From Octopus sinensis (Eukaryota): a DNA stretch of 64,000 bases. The translations under genes and the position numbers were made by a program. Positions 13,132-25,443 of the stretch are shown here, piece by piece. The stretch spans positions 91,822,001 to 91,886,000 of the forward strand of contig NC_043005.1 of NCBI RefSeq assembly GCF_006345805.1, in the 5' to 3' direction. The notes under the pieces were generated by a model. That model saw only the letters and a program-made list of their open reading frames with translations, was not told where the DNA came from and did no database searches. Every line of letters begins with the position of its first letter. The first letter of the stretch is position 1.

Positions 13132-13262
13132 GTATGAAACACTTATTTTATCAAAGGTTACTAATAGCTATGTCTACATAATTGTGATCAATTACATTGC
13201 ACTGGTAAAGAAAAATGTCAATATCTGATCCGAGTACTGAGAAAAGTAGAATTCATAGTTAC

Positions 13263-13292
13263 TTGGTGGTTGATGATTTCCAGGTTATTGAT
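13263..13292 (-). CDS. Candidate 30-nt exon (INNLEIINHQ or SITWKSSTT)
   Basis: aattatttcttgcttttcag|...CAA|gtaact; both open phases can join the 11.5-kb candidate. Confidence 0.3.
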
Positions 13293-13767
13293 CTGAAAAG
13301 CAAGAAATAATTATTGAAGAGTTTAACTGAATATGGAGCATTTTGAGATATTGGGGAGAAAATAAATAAAACTAAACTTGGAGTGGTGGGGGGAATCAAT
13401 AAATTTAATGTGATCATTTGAAAAAAAAATGAAATTAAAATGTTTATGAAAAAGAATTTAAACATATAAAAATAATTGCATTCTATATTGGTTAAGATTG
13501 ATTTAGTATGTTATTTATATAATCCTTTTTTTGAAAATATCTTTATCAAAAGTCATTTCAGAATTTAACAATTTTCCACAATGCATAGAATCTTGTCTGT
13601 CTTAGTGAACTTATATAATTACATTCGTTACATTTACAAAATTATGGAGTGATTTTACACGTCTTAAGAGATTCTGCATGGGTGAGAATGACGAGAGGCA
13701 ATTTGATCTATTAGGAAAGAAAACCGAGTATTGTGACATAAATCAGATTGTGTATTTTTATTATTAT

Positions 13768-13788
13768 TCATATATATATATATATTAT

Positions 13789-13823
<35 letters not shown>

Positions 13824-13890
13824 TTATATGTGTGTGCTTGTGTATGTATGTATGTATGTGTGCATGTGTGTGTACGTGTGTGTGTGTACA
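13768..13890. repeat. (TA)n/(TG)n microsatellite
   Basis: Direct read. Confidence 0.95.
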
Positions 13891-14889
13891 TAGTTTCGCA
13901 CATCACCTGTACTTGATGTGTATATTTTTAGTTAGATGGTAGCATGTAAATTTTTGGTAGAGAAGCTAGCTTCATGTTGCATTTTTAAGACAAAAAAAAT
14001 GTAATTGATGTATTTTTGCATATTGCCGTTTGATAGATAAAACAAAGCTACCTGTGTAAATGTGGTTCATAAGAACTGCTGTATAATGTTTTATTCAAAG
14101 AGCTAAGAGTGAATGAGTAAACACTTTAATAAAAACTTTAGATTCTGATGTTCATCATCAAGACACTAATCTTCTTAGTCTTCCCAGCTTTAGCATTGAC
14201 TCTGGAATCCTTTGCTAAAATCCTGAGAGATCTCCTCACTTTTGAATGGGAAATTAAGACTTTATTGAAGTTAGAGTTAGTCAAGTATAAAGTTGAAGGT
14301 GGTATCCTCCCATCCTTACAAGATCTAAATGGTGCAGTTAATAAGTTTACTAGAGGTATTATAAGATCTTTGAAAAACTCAGAATTAATCAACACTTTAA
14401 AATTCAATGAAGGTATTTCTGAATAAAATCTTTGGTTTATTGAAGGTATTAGTTAACTATTTAATATTGTTGTTCTAATCAATGTAGAGCTTAGAGCCAG
14501 TGAAATAATTGTGATTAGAGAATTTTCAAGAATTGTTTTTGTTGCTAATAAAAGAATTGTCTTTAACGAGAAACCAGGTTGTATCAGAATTGGATATTGG
14601 AAAGAAAAGGTTTTAGGAGCTGGAGGAGAATGTGCACAATCCATAGGAGTTGTATTATCTTCTGAAAAAGCTTAAGCAAAAATGACCATTAAAGATAGAT
14701 GTGTAATGGAAGTATATAAGTTGACTGAAAAGGTGTTGAAAGTGTGAGGAGATTTGGAGAAAGTTATTTAAATCTGATGTGAAACTGTTGGGCCTCAATA
14801 GTAATAAATGTTGAGAGTAAATAAAAAAAAGGTCAGTTATTTTAACCCTTTCAATACTGACCCAACTGAGATCACTTCTGGGACCTTCT

Positions 14890-15122
14890 TATTTCTTTAT
14901 TGCCCACAAGGGCTAAACATAAAGGAGACAAACAAGGACAGACAAAGGGATTAAGTCAATTACATCGACTCCAGTGCATAACTGGTACTTAATTTATCAA
15001 CCCCGAAAGGATGAAAGGCAAAGTTGACCTCGGCAGAATTTGAACTCAGAACGTAACAGTTGATGAAATACTGCTAAGCATTTCTCCCAGCATGCTAATG
15101 ATTCTGCCAGCTCGCCGCCTTA
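14890..15122 (-). mobile_element. Full-length family-A SINE with 17-bp TSD, inserted in a TTAA-MITE remnant
   Basis: CACTTCTGGGACCTTCT at 14873-14889 and 15123-15139; head GGCGGCGAGCTGGCAGAA; the upstream host begins TTAA|CCCTTTCAATACTG. Confidence 0.92.
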
Positions 15123-16343
15123 CACTTCTGGGACCTTCTATCATGTGAAACTTCTAATTTTTAAAGTGTTTATATTTAAATTTAAACCTTCAAAACTTCA
15201 GTATAATCAATAATGAAAGAAGTTAATTATTCTACATCCATCCTCCAAATTCTCAATTATTTTGTAAATGAATTAAAATATATCCATATCACTCATTTTT
15301 ATTACCTTTCTGCCATTATCATCCTTATATTATCACCCTATTTTCTTCATCTCATTCTTATTTTTTTCTCATCCTTTTATTTAAACTCACAAAAACATTT
15401 GTCTTGAAAGAATAGTAACTACATAGAATTCAGAGGAGTTTTGCGAGGCATACAGTAGTGTCTTTAGTAGCGGTGCCATGATAAAATTCACCTCTGAAAA
15501 GTGATTGGTAATTCAATGGAAACAGTATAACGTACAGTGGACTCTTTAGTTGTGCTGAGGACTTGACAACTTCTCTAGTGTTGGTACCACAATAAAATGG
15601 TTAATATTAAAAATGTTCAGTCATGAAACCATAACAAAAACAGAATATACAAGCTAGACGTGTTGCCCTACCCCTCCTAGGAATGCAGTATTTCTGAATA
15701 AGAACTGATTTGAACCCTGATCCATCCGGTTCATACTGACAGGGAAAGTGGAAGTAAAACTATGTTGCAGGTGTCAACAAGAATGACAGTAAATGCATTT
15801 CCTTGAAAAAATGGTCATAGAGGAGTTAAACAAATTCACTGTATATATATCTATATATGATACACTCATAAAAACATACACCAAATAATTGCATATTTGC
15901 AACTTTATGTGTCAGATATAATGTCATGTCTTCAAATAATATGAGTGTAATTCAGATTCCTCGATCTTTATGAATTTATTTGTTAATAGTTTTAAAAAAG
16001 TAATTACTTGCTTTTCCTTGATGTTTGATTTCACAAACATGCAATATAGCAGCATTAAAAAAACAACAATATAAAAAAGGACAATTTGGTTATTTGGCCA
16101 TTTGTGTCTTCATGCATTTTGTTAAAGACTGAAATTTTCATTTTTCAACATCTTTTGATCAACTGAAGTCTCATGTCTATGACAGACATCAATATATTAT
16201 TTAGATCGAATGTGATAATATTTGGGATAATTTATCTATTGGCAATATTTAAAAGCTAAATTCAAACCATCTCTATAACTTTGTGCATAAATGTAGGTGT
16301 TCTACATGTGCAAAGACAAGTGCACATGCACAAACACGCAAAC

Positions 16344-16388
<45 letters not shown>

Positions 16389-16525
16389 ATTCATTTTTTA
16401 ATACTTTCTGACTATAATTTATGTTAATACTGTGAAAACATTTACAAGTCAGAAGTTGGGGATGAATGACAAAAACATTTATAAACTAGAAACGTTCGAG
16501 CAGCTGACTGTTTCTATTCTACAGT

Positions 16526-16552
16526 GGCTTCCCTTAGCAAATGTGTATCATG
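16526..16552 (+). CDS. Candidate 27-nt exon (WLPLANVYH or xASLSKCVS)
   Basis: gttttctattctacag|...CAT|gtaaga. Confidence 0.3.
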
Positions 16553-17414
16553 TAAGATGTGTTAGTTAAAAGTTGAACATTAAATGATTTAAATGGAGTT
16601 AATTTAATTTCTAAATACGTTTTCTTGTTAATTTCATATACACAGGAAAATAAGAGTTTTATATGACAAAAATGTGGACAGTTTTTCAAGAACAAAGCCT
16701 TCTAATTTCAAGATATTGAAAAGAAAAATGAAACCAGTTTAAATCAGTGATTCTTAACTTGGATAATAGTGTCCTTTTGAGGTCATTGTGAGTTCAAAGA
16801 GGTAGCAAATGTCCATGAGGTGTTATGTTATTTAGAGGGAGCATGACTGTTTTTAGAGACAAAATATTTAAACTAGGAACAATTTCAAATACATCTTCAA
16901 AAAGAATATTTGTTTGGATTAGAATATGAAGTGAGAATAGTGTTATCAGTGAGCAGCAAACAGGGCTACCGATGTACCAAGGTCCTTCTATACTTCCATT
17001 TTTATGTCCTTAACTTTTTAAGTAATTTCCATAAATACCTAACACAGGTGCACTAACCAATTCAAATATCTAAACAGAGGCATGTGCTGGATGGGGAATT
17101 ATAGGAAAATATGGCCAATAAACCACTCTGCAAAATTAGTTTGTTTGATTGAAATAGATAATGTTTATTTCATTTTTATTTTTCTCTGAATCTGCAAAAG
17201 TGGTATTTGCAAAACTCCATTCACTGAAAGGGGGAACTGAGCTGCAAAAAGTTGACAACCATTTTCATAAATTATTAACCTATGTGATACGTTAATAATT
17301 TACGAATGCTTTTCCTTACCAGTAACCACAAAGTAAGAGAATGGAAGGGAAATATTTACTGTATGATACTTTTCAAGAAGTTCTCATTAATTTGCTAAAT
17401 TTTGTATTTTTCAG

Positions 17415-17425
17415 CGATATGTAAG
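17415..17425 (+). CDS. Candidate 6- or 11-nt microexon
   Basis: ttttgtatttttcag|CGATAT|gtaagg or |CGATATGTAAG|gtaatt; either version keeps the frame into 17572. Confidence 0.25.
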
Positions 17426-17571
17426 GTAATTAGGTACTGAATTAATAAATCAATTATTTCTCTTTAATATTCATTAGAATTTCCCCACTGGCATATTTAG
17501 CAGTGTATCAAAGATTTCATTTGATTTTGATTTTTCTGATATTAATAGTAACTTTGTTTTTTTTTTTATAG

Positions 17572-17655
17572 CCTAATGGAACCTCTGTGAAAGTCATTAA
17601 ATGTACTCCTCCTGTTGCAGAGAAATCTTTCCCCGAGCACATGCTTCTACTTTAA
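17572..17655 (+). CDS. Candidate terminal coding exon (PNGTSVKVIKCTPPVAEKSFPEHMLLL*)
   Basis: T-run acceptor tttttttatag|, open to TAA, AATAAA near 17890. No homology recognised. Confidence 0.35.
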   Translation, partial: PNGTSVKVIKCTPPVAEKSFPEHMLLL

Positions 17656-20573
17656 AAGATTTTTTTTTATTTTTGAAATCCTAGTGATTAAGAAAAGCAC
17701 GACCACAACAGATGAAATAGTTATGACTAAAATGTTAATTAATTGCAGAGTAAGAATTGATCAAGTTGAATACATGGCAAAATTGTGGTGCCGTAATGGA
17801 CTATTTAATCTACACGGGCAAGTTGTGTTAACATATTTAAGGCAAAGAGAATTATAAAGATTTGATATATGGAATATTAAAAAGCTAGAAATAAATGTGT
17901 GTTGCAGAAAAAAAACACATTATTAGTTAGTGACTAGGTTCTATTGCTTATTCACAATGTGGTTCATAGATCAAAATTTTGAGTTTGAATTTTGATGACA
18001 TCAGCTCAGTCTTATTGTCAGTCAAGTAAATTTCTTTCATACATTGAGAAAAGCGGGTAAAATATATGTTGGTGTATTTAACTTAAAAATACTACAATTG
18101 ATTTGGTTGAATAATTCCATGTAAGAATGCAGTTCTGACTAGTCATTTATTGGGTCTACGCTAGTATTCATGTAGAGAGATACAAAAGAGAAAACTAATA
18201 GTTGATTGACAAAGTATCCAAGAGAATTAGTTGAGCCTTTGGCAGTTCATGTACTGTAACCAGAGCTGAAGGTGTTTCTATGTCTAAGGAAGTTCACTTT
18301 TAACAGCTAAAGCCACTTCACCCTAAGTGAGTTCTGTAGATATAATTTATTGCTGTATGCAGTGGTAATGATGAGTGATCCATTAAATTATAATATTCAG
18401 TTTTGGTTCATTAGGCAAGAAAAGCTACCAGTGATAAGACTAGGAGAAAACTTGTGCTTCAAGTTTCTAGTTTCATGGAAGTTAGAGAAAATTGGCAATT
18501 TTGAACAGCACCATGTTCTTTTTTAGTGGTAAAGGGATAATTGGAATGGTTTCTCGCTGCTCTCTCCAGATCCATTTAGATCCGACTTTCAAGTTGACTA
18601 TTTACTTGTTAACAATTTACTTGTTATAACAGTGTTATAATATAGAATAGCATGTCTATGAGGTGTCTATTTGATTTTTGATGGACTGATTGACTAAAAG
18701 CTAAATCTCTTGGACATTGACTCTTTTATGCAACAGCTCTGTGCAATTTTTGAATGATTAAAAATATCTGGAATGTTTAACAAATGTGTGTGGGAACATG
18801 TATCCATTTGTCTCTGGTTTTCATTTGTATTCTCAGACCTGTGAAATAATTAGTCGCTTCTTGTAAAAATAGCAAAAGCCAGATAAAAAAGCAGATGTTC
18901 TAAATATTGTTTTTGATCTCAGTTCCACCTACAGCTTTGCTGATCTTTATACTTTTGTGTGTTCATATTGTATCATTGTATATTTTTGTTTGTCCAGTGT
19001 AGAGCAGAGAAACACACACATATGCATATATGTCTGTTCACACATGGCTTGCATCCAAAAAGCCTATAGGACTAGTGAAGTGACTTAATAGATTTTTTTT
19101 AAAGTAATGAATGAGTCTATTAACAATGGAGGTAATATAGCCATTGATTTATGTTGCTCCTTTTAGACGTCAGAGAAATAGTTAAAACCAATAATAAACA
19201 GTCTTGTTAGTGTGCATAAGAGGAAATAGCCAGAATAAAGCCTTGAAAATGAGATATTTTAAAGAATTTAATTATAATAATGACTAGAGAGTCACAATGG
19301 TTGTAAGATTAAGGTGATGTTACTGATACTACTGTCATAAGTTCCTCTCTTATGTCACAAGATCCTGAAGGAGGCCCCTAAATTATGCTTGACCTAGTTT
19401 GACTGATCCTTCCCACTACTAAAAACAAAGACAAAACAATACACACAGGCTACACTCCTACTTCATGGTTGAGTTGTCAGTAGGTATTGATTGCTCTGAC
19501 AAATAAACCATCTCACCCATGCAAGCATGGACAAACAGCTATTAAAATAGTAAAAACGAAATAATTCTTATATTGAATCATTGAATAACAAAGAATTTGA
19601 TTTATTGCTCTTTGGTAAGCAAAACCACTCAAATGACTAATTACTCCCATCTGGGTAGGAATAACATGAGATGTAGGTATTTACACATTTTTTATTCTTA
19701 CTAACTTGCAGAACTTAATTAATTTCTTATTAAACATTGCCTCCATTCATTTAAAAACTCTAATTCAAACTATTTAATTTGTATATTATTGTGTGGATTT
19801 GGCTTATTTATTGGTGACATGAAGAAATCCAGTTTTAATATCAGTTTTAAGAGCAAAATCCTTTTGATGTTAAGCTGCATGGAAAGCAGGGAGTAAGTGA
19901 ATTGAGAGGGATTATAGGGGGCAGCTGATGTATGTAGGAAAGATTGCTATGCTGGTATTGACATGTGATACTGTATGAAAAGATTCAGCGTTCAGTTAGT
20001 GGAGGGTGGGTGGGTGGCTGCAGTAGAGGAAGACTAGGGATGAAGTAATGAGGTTAGATCTCAGAATATTGATCCTCATGTATAAGATTATAAAACATTG
20101 AGATGAGTGGTAATATGCTGTATGGCAGACCCACGCAATACATGCCAACATGGAAAAAGGGATATTGATGATGATGGTGGTGGTGATGATGAATTGTATA
20201 TTATGTCATAATTTTTGGAGTTTCTATTCCTCTTGTTCAAATAACAAGATATTAGCATGAATATTATCATCAAATTCAAAACTCATATATTATCCATTTT
20301 GCTTTTAGAACAGCCATTTTTCTCATTCTTTAACTGGTTAAAGTCATTGAACTACTGAACTGAGAAAACCATGTCCAAGAGTTGATCATATCAACCTTAA
20401 TACTTCAATCCCCCCCCCCCTTTTTTTTTAGTCTGGCACCTATCATGTTGAGCTCTGTCAAACCACTATGTTATTGGGCAGAAAGTAACACAATACGAAC
20501 TGTAAATCCACTTTTCAGGTTGCTGTACTCTCTCTCTCTTTATCTCTATCTCCCTCTCTCTCTCTCACACACA

Positions 20574-20966
20574 CTTCTTTTATTTTCCAAAATTAAGATA
20601 AACAAAGTTCTTTATTAATCTAAAATATACTCTCCTTCATTTTCTACAATGCTCTTCCATCTAATCTGATAGACTTGCAAGGCCCCTCTTCCAAAATTCA
20701 CTTGTCCATGATGAAAAATACTCCTCCTATACTGTTCTGAGTATGTCTACAGAATTCATATTTTTTCTGTCCAAATGATTTTGAAGACTGTGGAATAAAT
20801 GATAACCAGATTGGGCAATGTCCAGCAAATATGGTGGGTAGGGCATCGTTTCCTATTCAAATTGCTCCATCCTTTGGAATGTCATCCTTGCTGTATATGG
20901 CTGAGCATTATCCTGATGAAAGAACACCTTTCATCTTGAAACCAAAGATGATCATTTTTCTTCTAG
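20574..20966 (-). mobile_element. Second mariner remnant, same family as 4536-4855
   Basis: Minus-strand HQDNAQPYTARMTFQRMEQF..YPPYLLDIAQSGYHLFHSLQNHLD..FWKRGLASL; nucleotide similarity to the 4.5-kb copy; stops and frameshifts present. Confidence 0.88.
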
Positions 20967-20984
20967 TGCTAACTTAAGTCGCTC

Positions 20985-21790
20985 ACAGTGGGTTGGATGG
21001 TTTGACTGAAAACTGGCAAGCTGCGGAGCTGCACCAGGTTCTAATCCCTGATTTGGCATAGTTTCTACGGCTGGATGCCCTTCCTAATGCCAACAACTCT
21101 GAGAGTGTAGTGGGTACTTTTTACATGCCACTTGCATAGGTGCCATTGATGTGTCGCTGGCGTCGGCCATGACTATGACCTCACTTGGCTTGACAAGTCT
21201 TCTCAAGAATGGCATATTGCCAAAGGTTTTGGTCACCTGTCACTGCGTCTATGAGACCCAATGATCAAACAGTACTTTTTATGTGCCACTGGCACAGGTG
21301 CTGGTCACACGGCACTGGCATCAGCCATGACTATAATTTCACTTGGGTTGACAGGTCTTCACAAGCTCAGCATATTGCTCAACGTTTGAAGAGTGCATTT
21401 TTACATACCAGTCATGCAACACTGGCATAGGCCGCGACTATGACCTCACTTGACTTGACAGGTCTTATGAAACACAACATATTGCCAAAGGTCTTGGTCA
21501 CTTGTCATTGCCTCTGCTAGGTCCAACATTTGAAGATCATGCTTCACCACCTCATCCCATGTCTTCCTGAGTCTACCTCTTTCCCAGGTTCCCTCCACCA
21601 TTAGAGTGCAACACTTCCTCACACAACTGTCCTTGTCCATACCTGTCATATGGCCATACCAGTACAGTCATCTCTCTTGCACACCACAACTGATGCCTCT
21701 TATGCCCAACTTTTCTCTCAGGATGCTTACATTGTCGTGCATGCATACTGATATTGCACTTTCTGTGCTTCATTTCTTACAAGCCTGTGA
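20985..21790 (-). mobile_element. 5'-truncated RTE-clade LINE (ORF end plus 3' UTR)
   Basis: ORF 21446..21649 DSCVRKCCTLMVEGTWERGRLRKTWDEVVKHDL..DLWQY matches the RTE C-terminal VEG.R.RGRP.KTW..DR..W pattern, followed by the GGAAGGGCATCCAGC tail. Confidence 0.85.
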
Positions 21791-21799
21791 TTAAAATAT

Positions 21800-22025
21800 T
21801 TATGTGTGTGTGCGTGTGTGTGCATGTCTTTGTGTTTGTCCTCTACTTGATAACTGGTACTGGTGTGTTTATGTCTCTATAACATAGTGGTTCAGCAAAA
21901 GAGAATACTAAAATAAGTACTAAGCTGAGAAAAAGAAAAGTAAGTACTGGGGCCAATTTGTTTAACTGAAATCTTGAAGGGGGTGCTCCAGCATGGCCAC
22001 AGTGAAATGACTGGAAATAGTAAAA
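21800..22025 (+). mobile_element. Family-B SINE 3' half
   Basis: gtgtttatgtc..gttcagcaaaagag..gctccagcatggcc..aaatgactg. Confidence 0.75.
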
Positions 22026-22254
22026 GATAAAAGTCATAATGCTATGTCCATTTTCCATGCTGACAGAGCTTGGATGGTTTGACAGGATCCATTGGGCTAC
22101 AGAGCTGCATTTAGCTCCAATGTCAGCTTTGGCAGGGTTTCTCTGGTTGCAGGCCCTTTCTAATGCCGACCACTTTACAGCAGGTATTGAGTGCTTTTAA
22201 AAAATGCCACCAGCATTAATGAGGTTACCTTTTAACTGGCAAGACAGGAAAATA

Positions 22255-22363
22255 GCTATAAAGAAGATACGTGGTTACTTCAAAGAACAACAACAGCAGA
22301 AAACAAACAAACCACTTTTCATGTAATTTTCTGGAGTCAGGAACGAACACTTCCATGCCAGTA
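22255..22363 (+). repeat. Chimeric templated duplication (28 bp from 22463-22490 plus 87 bp from 23827-23913)
   Basis: Both parts are exact matches, joined through the shared ACTTCA. Confidence 0.9.
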
Positions 22364-23579
22364 AGTAGCATTGTGTGTGTGGAATATTTGAAAGGGGAAC
22401 ATGGCTTTATGCTAAAGTATTGAGAGGCTAAACTATGAGAGAGGAAATAACACAGATGTTTTGCTATAAAGAAGATACGTGGTTACTTCATATTTCATAA
22501 GAGCGGGTGGAAGTAGCTAGGAAGACAAGAGCAAATCCTCAAGGTATATGAAGGCGAGCATAAGAGAGGATACAAATGGTTGATCAGTGAGGTCAGGGGA
22601 ATTTAGAGTCATAAGAGTATCTGGGGGTGGATCTTATGAACAAGTGACTAAGTACTTAATTCGTTTGTAGTGCTTAGCTCAACCCTGTCTCATAGGAAAA
22701 GATACTGGTCAGACTGATATGCTGTCTAGAAAGTGAAATACATCTCATTCTTTGTGGATGTAAACATTTGTGTTGTGGATGCCAAAGGACCATTACAAGA
22801 TTATCTTTTAATTAGCGTTTTGGTATTTTATGACCACCTCTTTAGATTCTGGTTGATATTTCTTTTAAAATGATTTATGTATTTGAGTCTACAGGCAAGT
22901 TTTATGTACATTTGTTTTAGGTGGTGAGATGGAATAGGTTGTGATAGAAGTAAATGATCTAAACTATATAATGTTAAAGGGAATTTTGAAACTTTTCTAT
23001 ATAATTACAAAGATTTCTTCGGCAGCCATTGGCCAGGTACTCCTTTTTTTTCCTTCTTTACGAAAGAACCAGTGTAAAAATATTTCTATTGATGATTTTA
23101 AAACTATTTTGAAATACATTGCATTAGCTATTGAAACTATTTTATTTGGTTTCTCTGTTTTTTTATCCTTCACTATTATCTGTATGAAAAAAGAAATTAT
23201 AATGATTGTTAAGAATACATTTTATAATTTTTAGGTCCCATAGCAAATTAAAATATAATTTAGAATGGAAAGATTGATGAACAGCTCCGTTTGCCCTCTT
23301 CTTGTTCCACTTAATCTAAATTTTGGATCAATACCAGTTGAATATTTTAACAACTGTTAAATGAATCAATGGTTGGATGATATTTCAAATGAACAAATTA
23401 ACAACAAATTGTTCATTGGAAGTTTTGAAATTGTTTTGTCTTACTTTTTACAATTATGATCAAATTTATAATGAATTTTTTAAAATACTTTGTTCTGTTC
23501 TTAAAGGAAAAAAAATATTGAACTGTAAATAAGAAAAAATATTAAATTATCTTTTGTATAGAAATTATGAGCAACTTAC

Positions 23580-23590
23580 CTCATTGGTTG
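23580..23590 (-). CDS. Candidate 11-nt microexon
   Basis: gttgtttttag|CAACCAATGAG|gtaagt. Confidence 0.25.
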
Positions 23591-24834
23591 CTAAAAACAA
23601 CTTAACAAATATTAAAAATAAGACAAAATTATGAACAGAAATATTTAAATGAAATATTTTTCAATTAGAATAAACAGCAGATTCAATGAATTTTATCATT
23701 TCCTTTCTTTGCATATTAAAATCCTTATAAAATCTGTAATTACCTACTGAAATCTAAATTGACATACTGTGTTTTGTGTTTGTATTGTATGTGTACATTT
23801 GCCTGCATGCATATTACGTGAAAATAACTTCAAAGAACAACAACAGCAGAAAACAAACAAACCACTTTTCATGTAATTTTCTGGAGTCAGGAACGAACAC
23901 TTCCATGCCAGTATGGAACTGTGAAAGAGGCCTTACAATTCTTCAATCTCAAACAATCGTTAGTTCTTCTATAGTGCTGCTGCTGCTGCTGCTATCTATG
24001 TTTTCCCCTTTTCCTTTTCAGGCTTGTAATATCTAAGTATATTTTTCTGATGATAGGATTTGATTGTAGATCAAATAAAAATATTGGTTTTTGGTTTTAA
24101 ACAAATATTCAGATAATCTACTGTAGGTCACCTTCAGCTAAGATTATGGTGTTTCTATTCCATCTCTGAAGCATGTGAAGTTGTAACCTCTCTCTTTCTC
24201 TTGCTTTCTTTTTCTTCTCACTCTTCTCAAAGAGAGAGAGAGAGAGAGTATAAATGATCTACGTGAAATTGTTAAGTGATGTCAAAGTTAACTATGTAAT
24301 TAGTCCCTGTTTCAACAATTAAGTGTTTAGGAAGGAGTATAATGGAGAACAAAGCTAGCATAATGTCGACCTAACATTTCTGACAATGAGTCATAGAGGA
24401 ATTATTGACTCACATCTCTGCTGTATTTTTTTATTATATTCTTCAGTGTTTTGTGACAATATCTCAATTGCAAACTAGTTTACAAAGGAGATGACATTAT
24501 TTCCTCATTTGCATTTTATCATCGTCATTGTTGTTATCATTCTCATTGTTTTAACATCTACTCTTCCATGCTTGCATGGGTCAGATGGAATTCTGTCAGG
24601 CAGATTTTCCCAGACCAGATTTCTTTCTATCACCAATCCTTTGCTGTTTCTAAGCAGAGTAACATTTCCCCATAGCCGGACATGTTCTCATGGAGATGTG
24701 GTAATGGAGGACACTGCTTGTATGATGGCATCACGAGATGTCATGATAAGGAGAGAGAGACACACACGCAAGCACGCATGCATGCACGCACGCGCACACA
24801 CACACACACACACACAGCATTTGACTGATACTTT

Positions 24835-24965
24835 ATTTTATTGACCCCAAAAGGATAAAAGGCAAAGTTGACCTCAGCAGGATTTCAACTCAAAAAGTAA
24901 AGAGCAGAAACAAATAGTACAAGGCATTTTGTTCGACGTGTTAACAATTCTACCAGCTTTTGCCA
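24835..24965 (-). mobile_element. Family-A SINE fragment
   Basis: aaaggcaaagttgacc..atttcaactca. Confidence 0.7.
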
Positions 24966-25157
24966 CTGTAAGTTAGAGAAGCAATTAGAAGTAAAGCTAC
25001 AGTGTCAGTGTGTTGGTTGGAGAGTAATAAGTTTCTTGTTAAGGTTGTCTCTACGGATATTCTATAGAAATTATCCAGCACTGATTTTTGTTATGATGTT
25101 TCGTATCCAAGATGTTAGTTGTAAACAAACAATGAGATTGAAGATAAAAAAGGGTAC

Positions 25158-25207
25158 TGGGCATATATGCCATATTTCACAGGGTTTTTCCCCTTCATCA
25201 GCACCCA
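25158..25207 (-). ncRNA. Minimal type-I hammerhead-like motif with GT insertion
   Basis: Minus: TGGGTG-CTGATGA-AGGG(gaaaaa)CCCT-GT-GAA-ATATGGCATAT-A-TGCCCA. Confidence 0.45.
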
Positions 25208-25443
25208 TCCAACCCTTTAATCGTCCTTGAACACATTGCTTAAATAGCCACAGTATTCAGCCGTGTAACGTTATTGGAATGCATTTAATATGTAAAAGCT
25301 GGTGCAATAGAATGCAGTGTTGACTTATAAAAATGTTAAATATACCTTATAGTAGATTATGGTTGCATAATGAAATACTGCATACCTGCAGGTCTTTAGT
25401 AATAAGTTTGTAGTCCTTTTCACTGTCTTGAGTTACACTTTAA

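Larger units (their letters stand above)
12689..13430. repeat. Inverted repeat, about 90-bp arms (12689-12776 / 13338-13430)
   Basis: Arms align at about 90% when one is reverse-complemented. Confidence 0.85.

Noticed and set aside
20911-20945. CTGATGA...GAAA hammerhead-like string
   Set aside because: No helix I or III; it is antisense mariner coding sequence.
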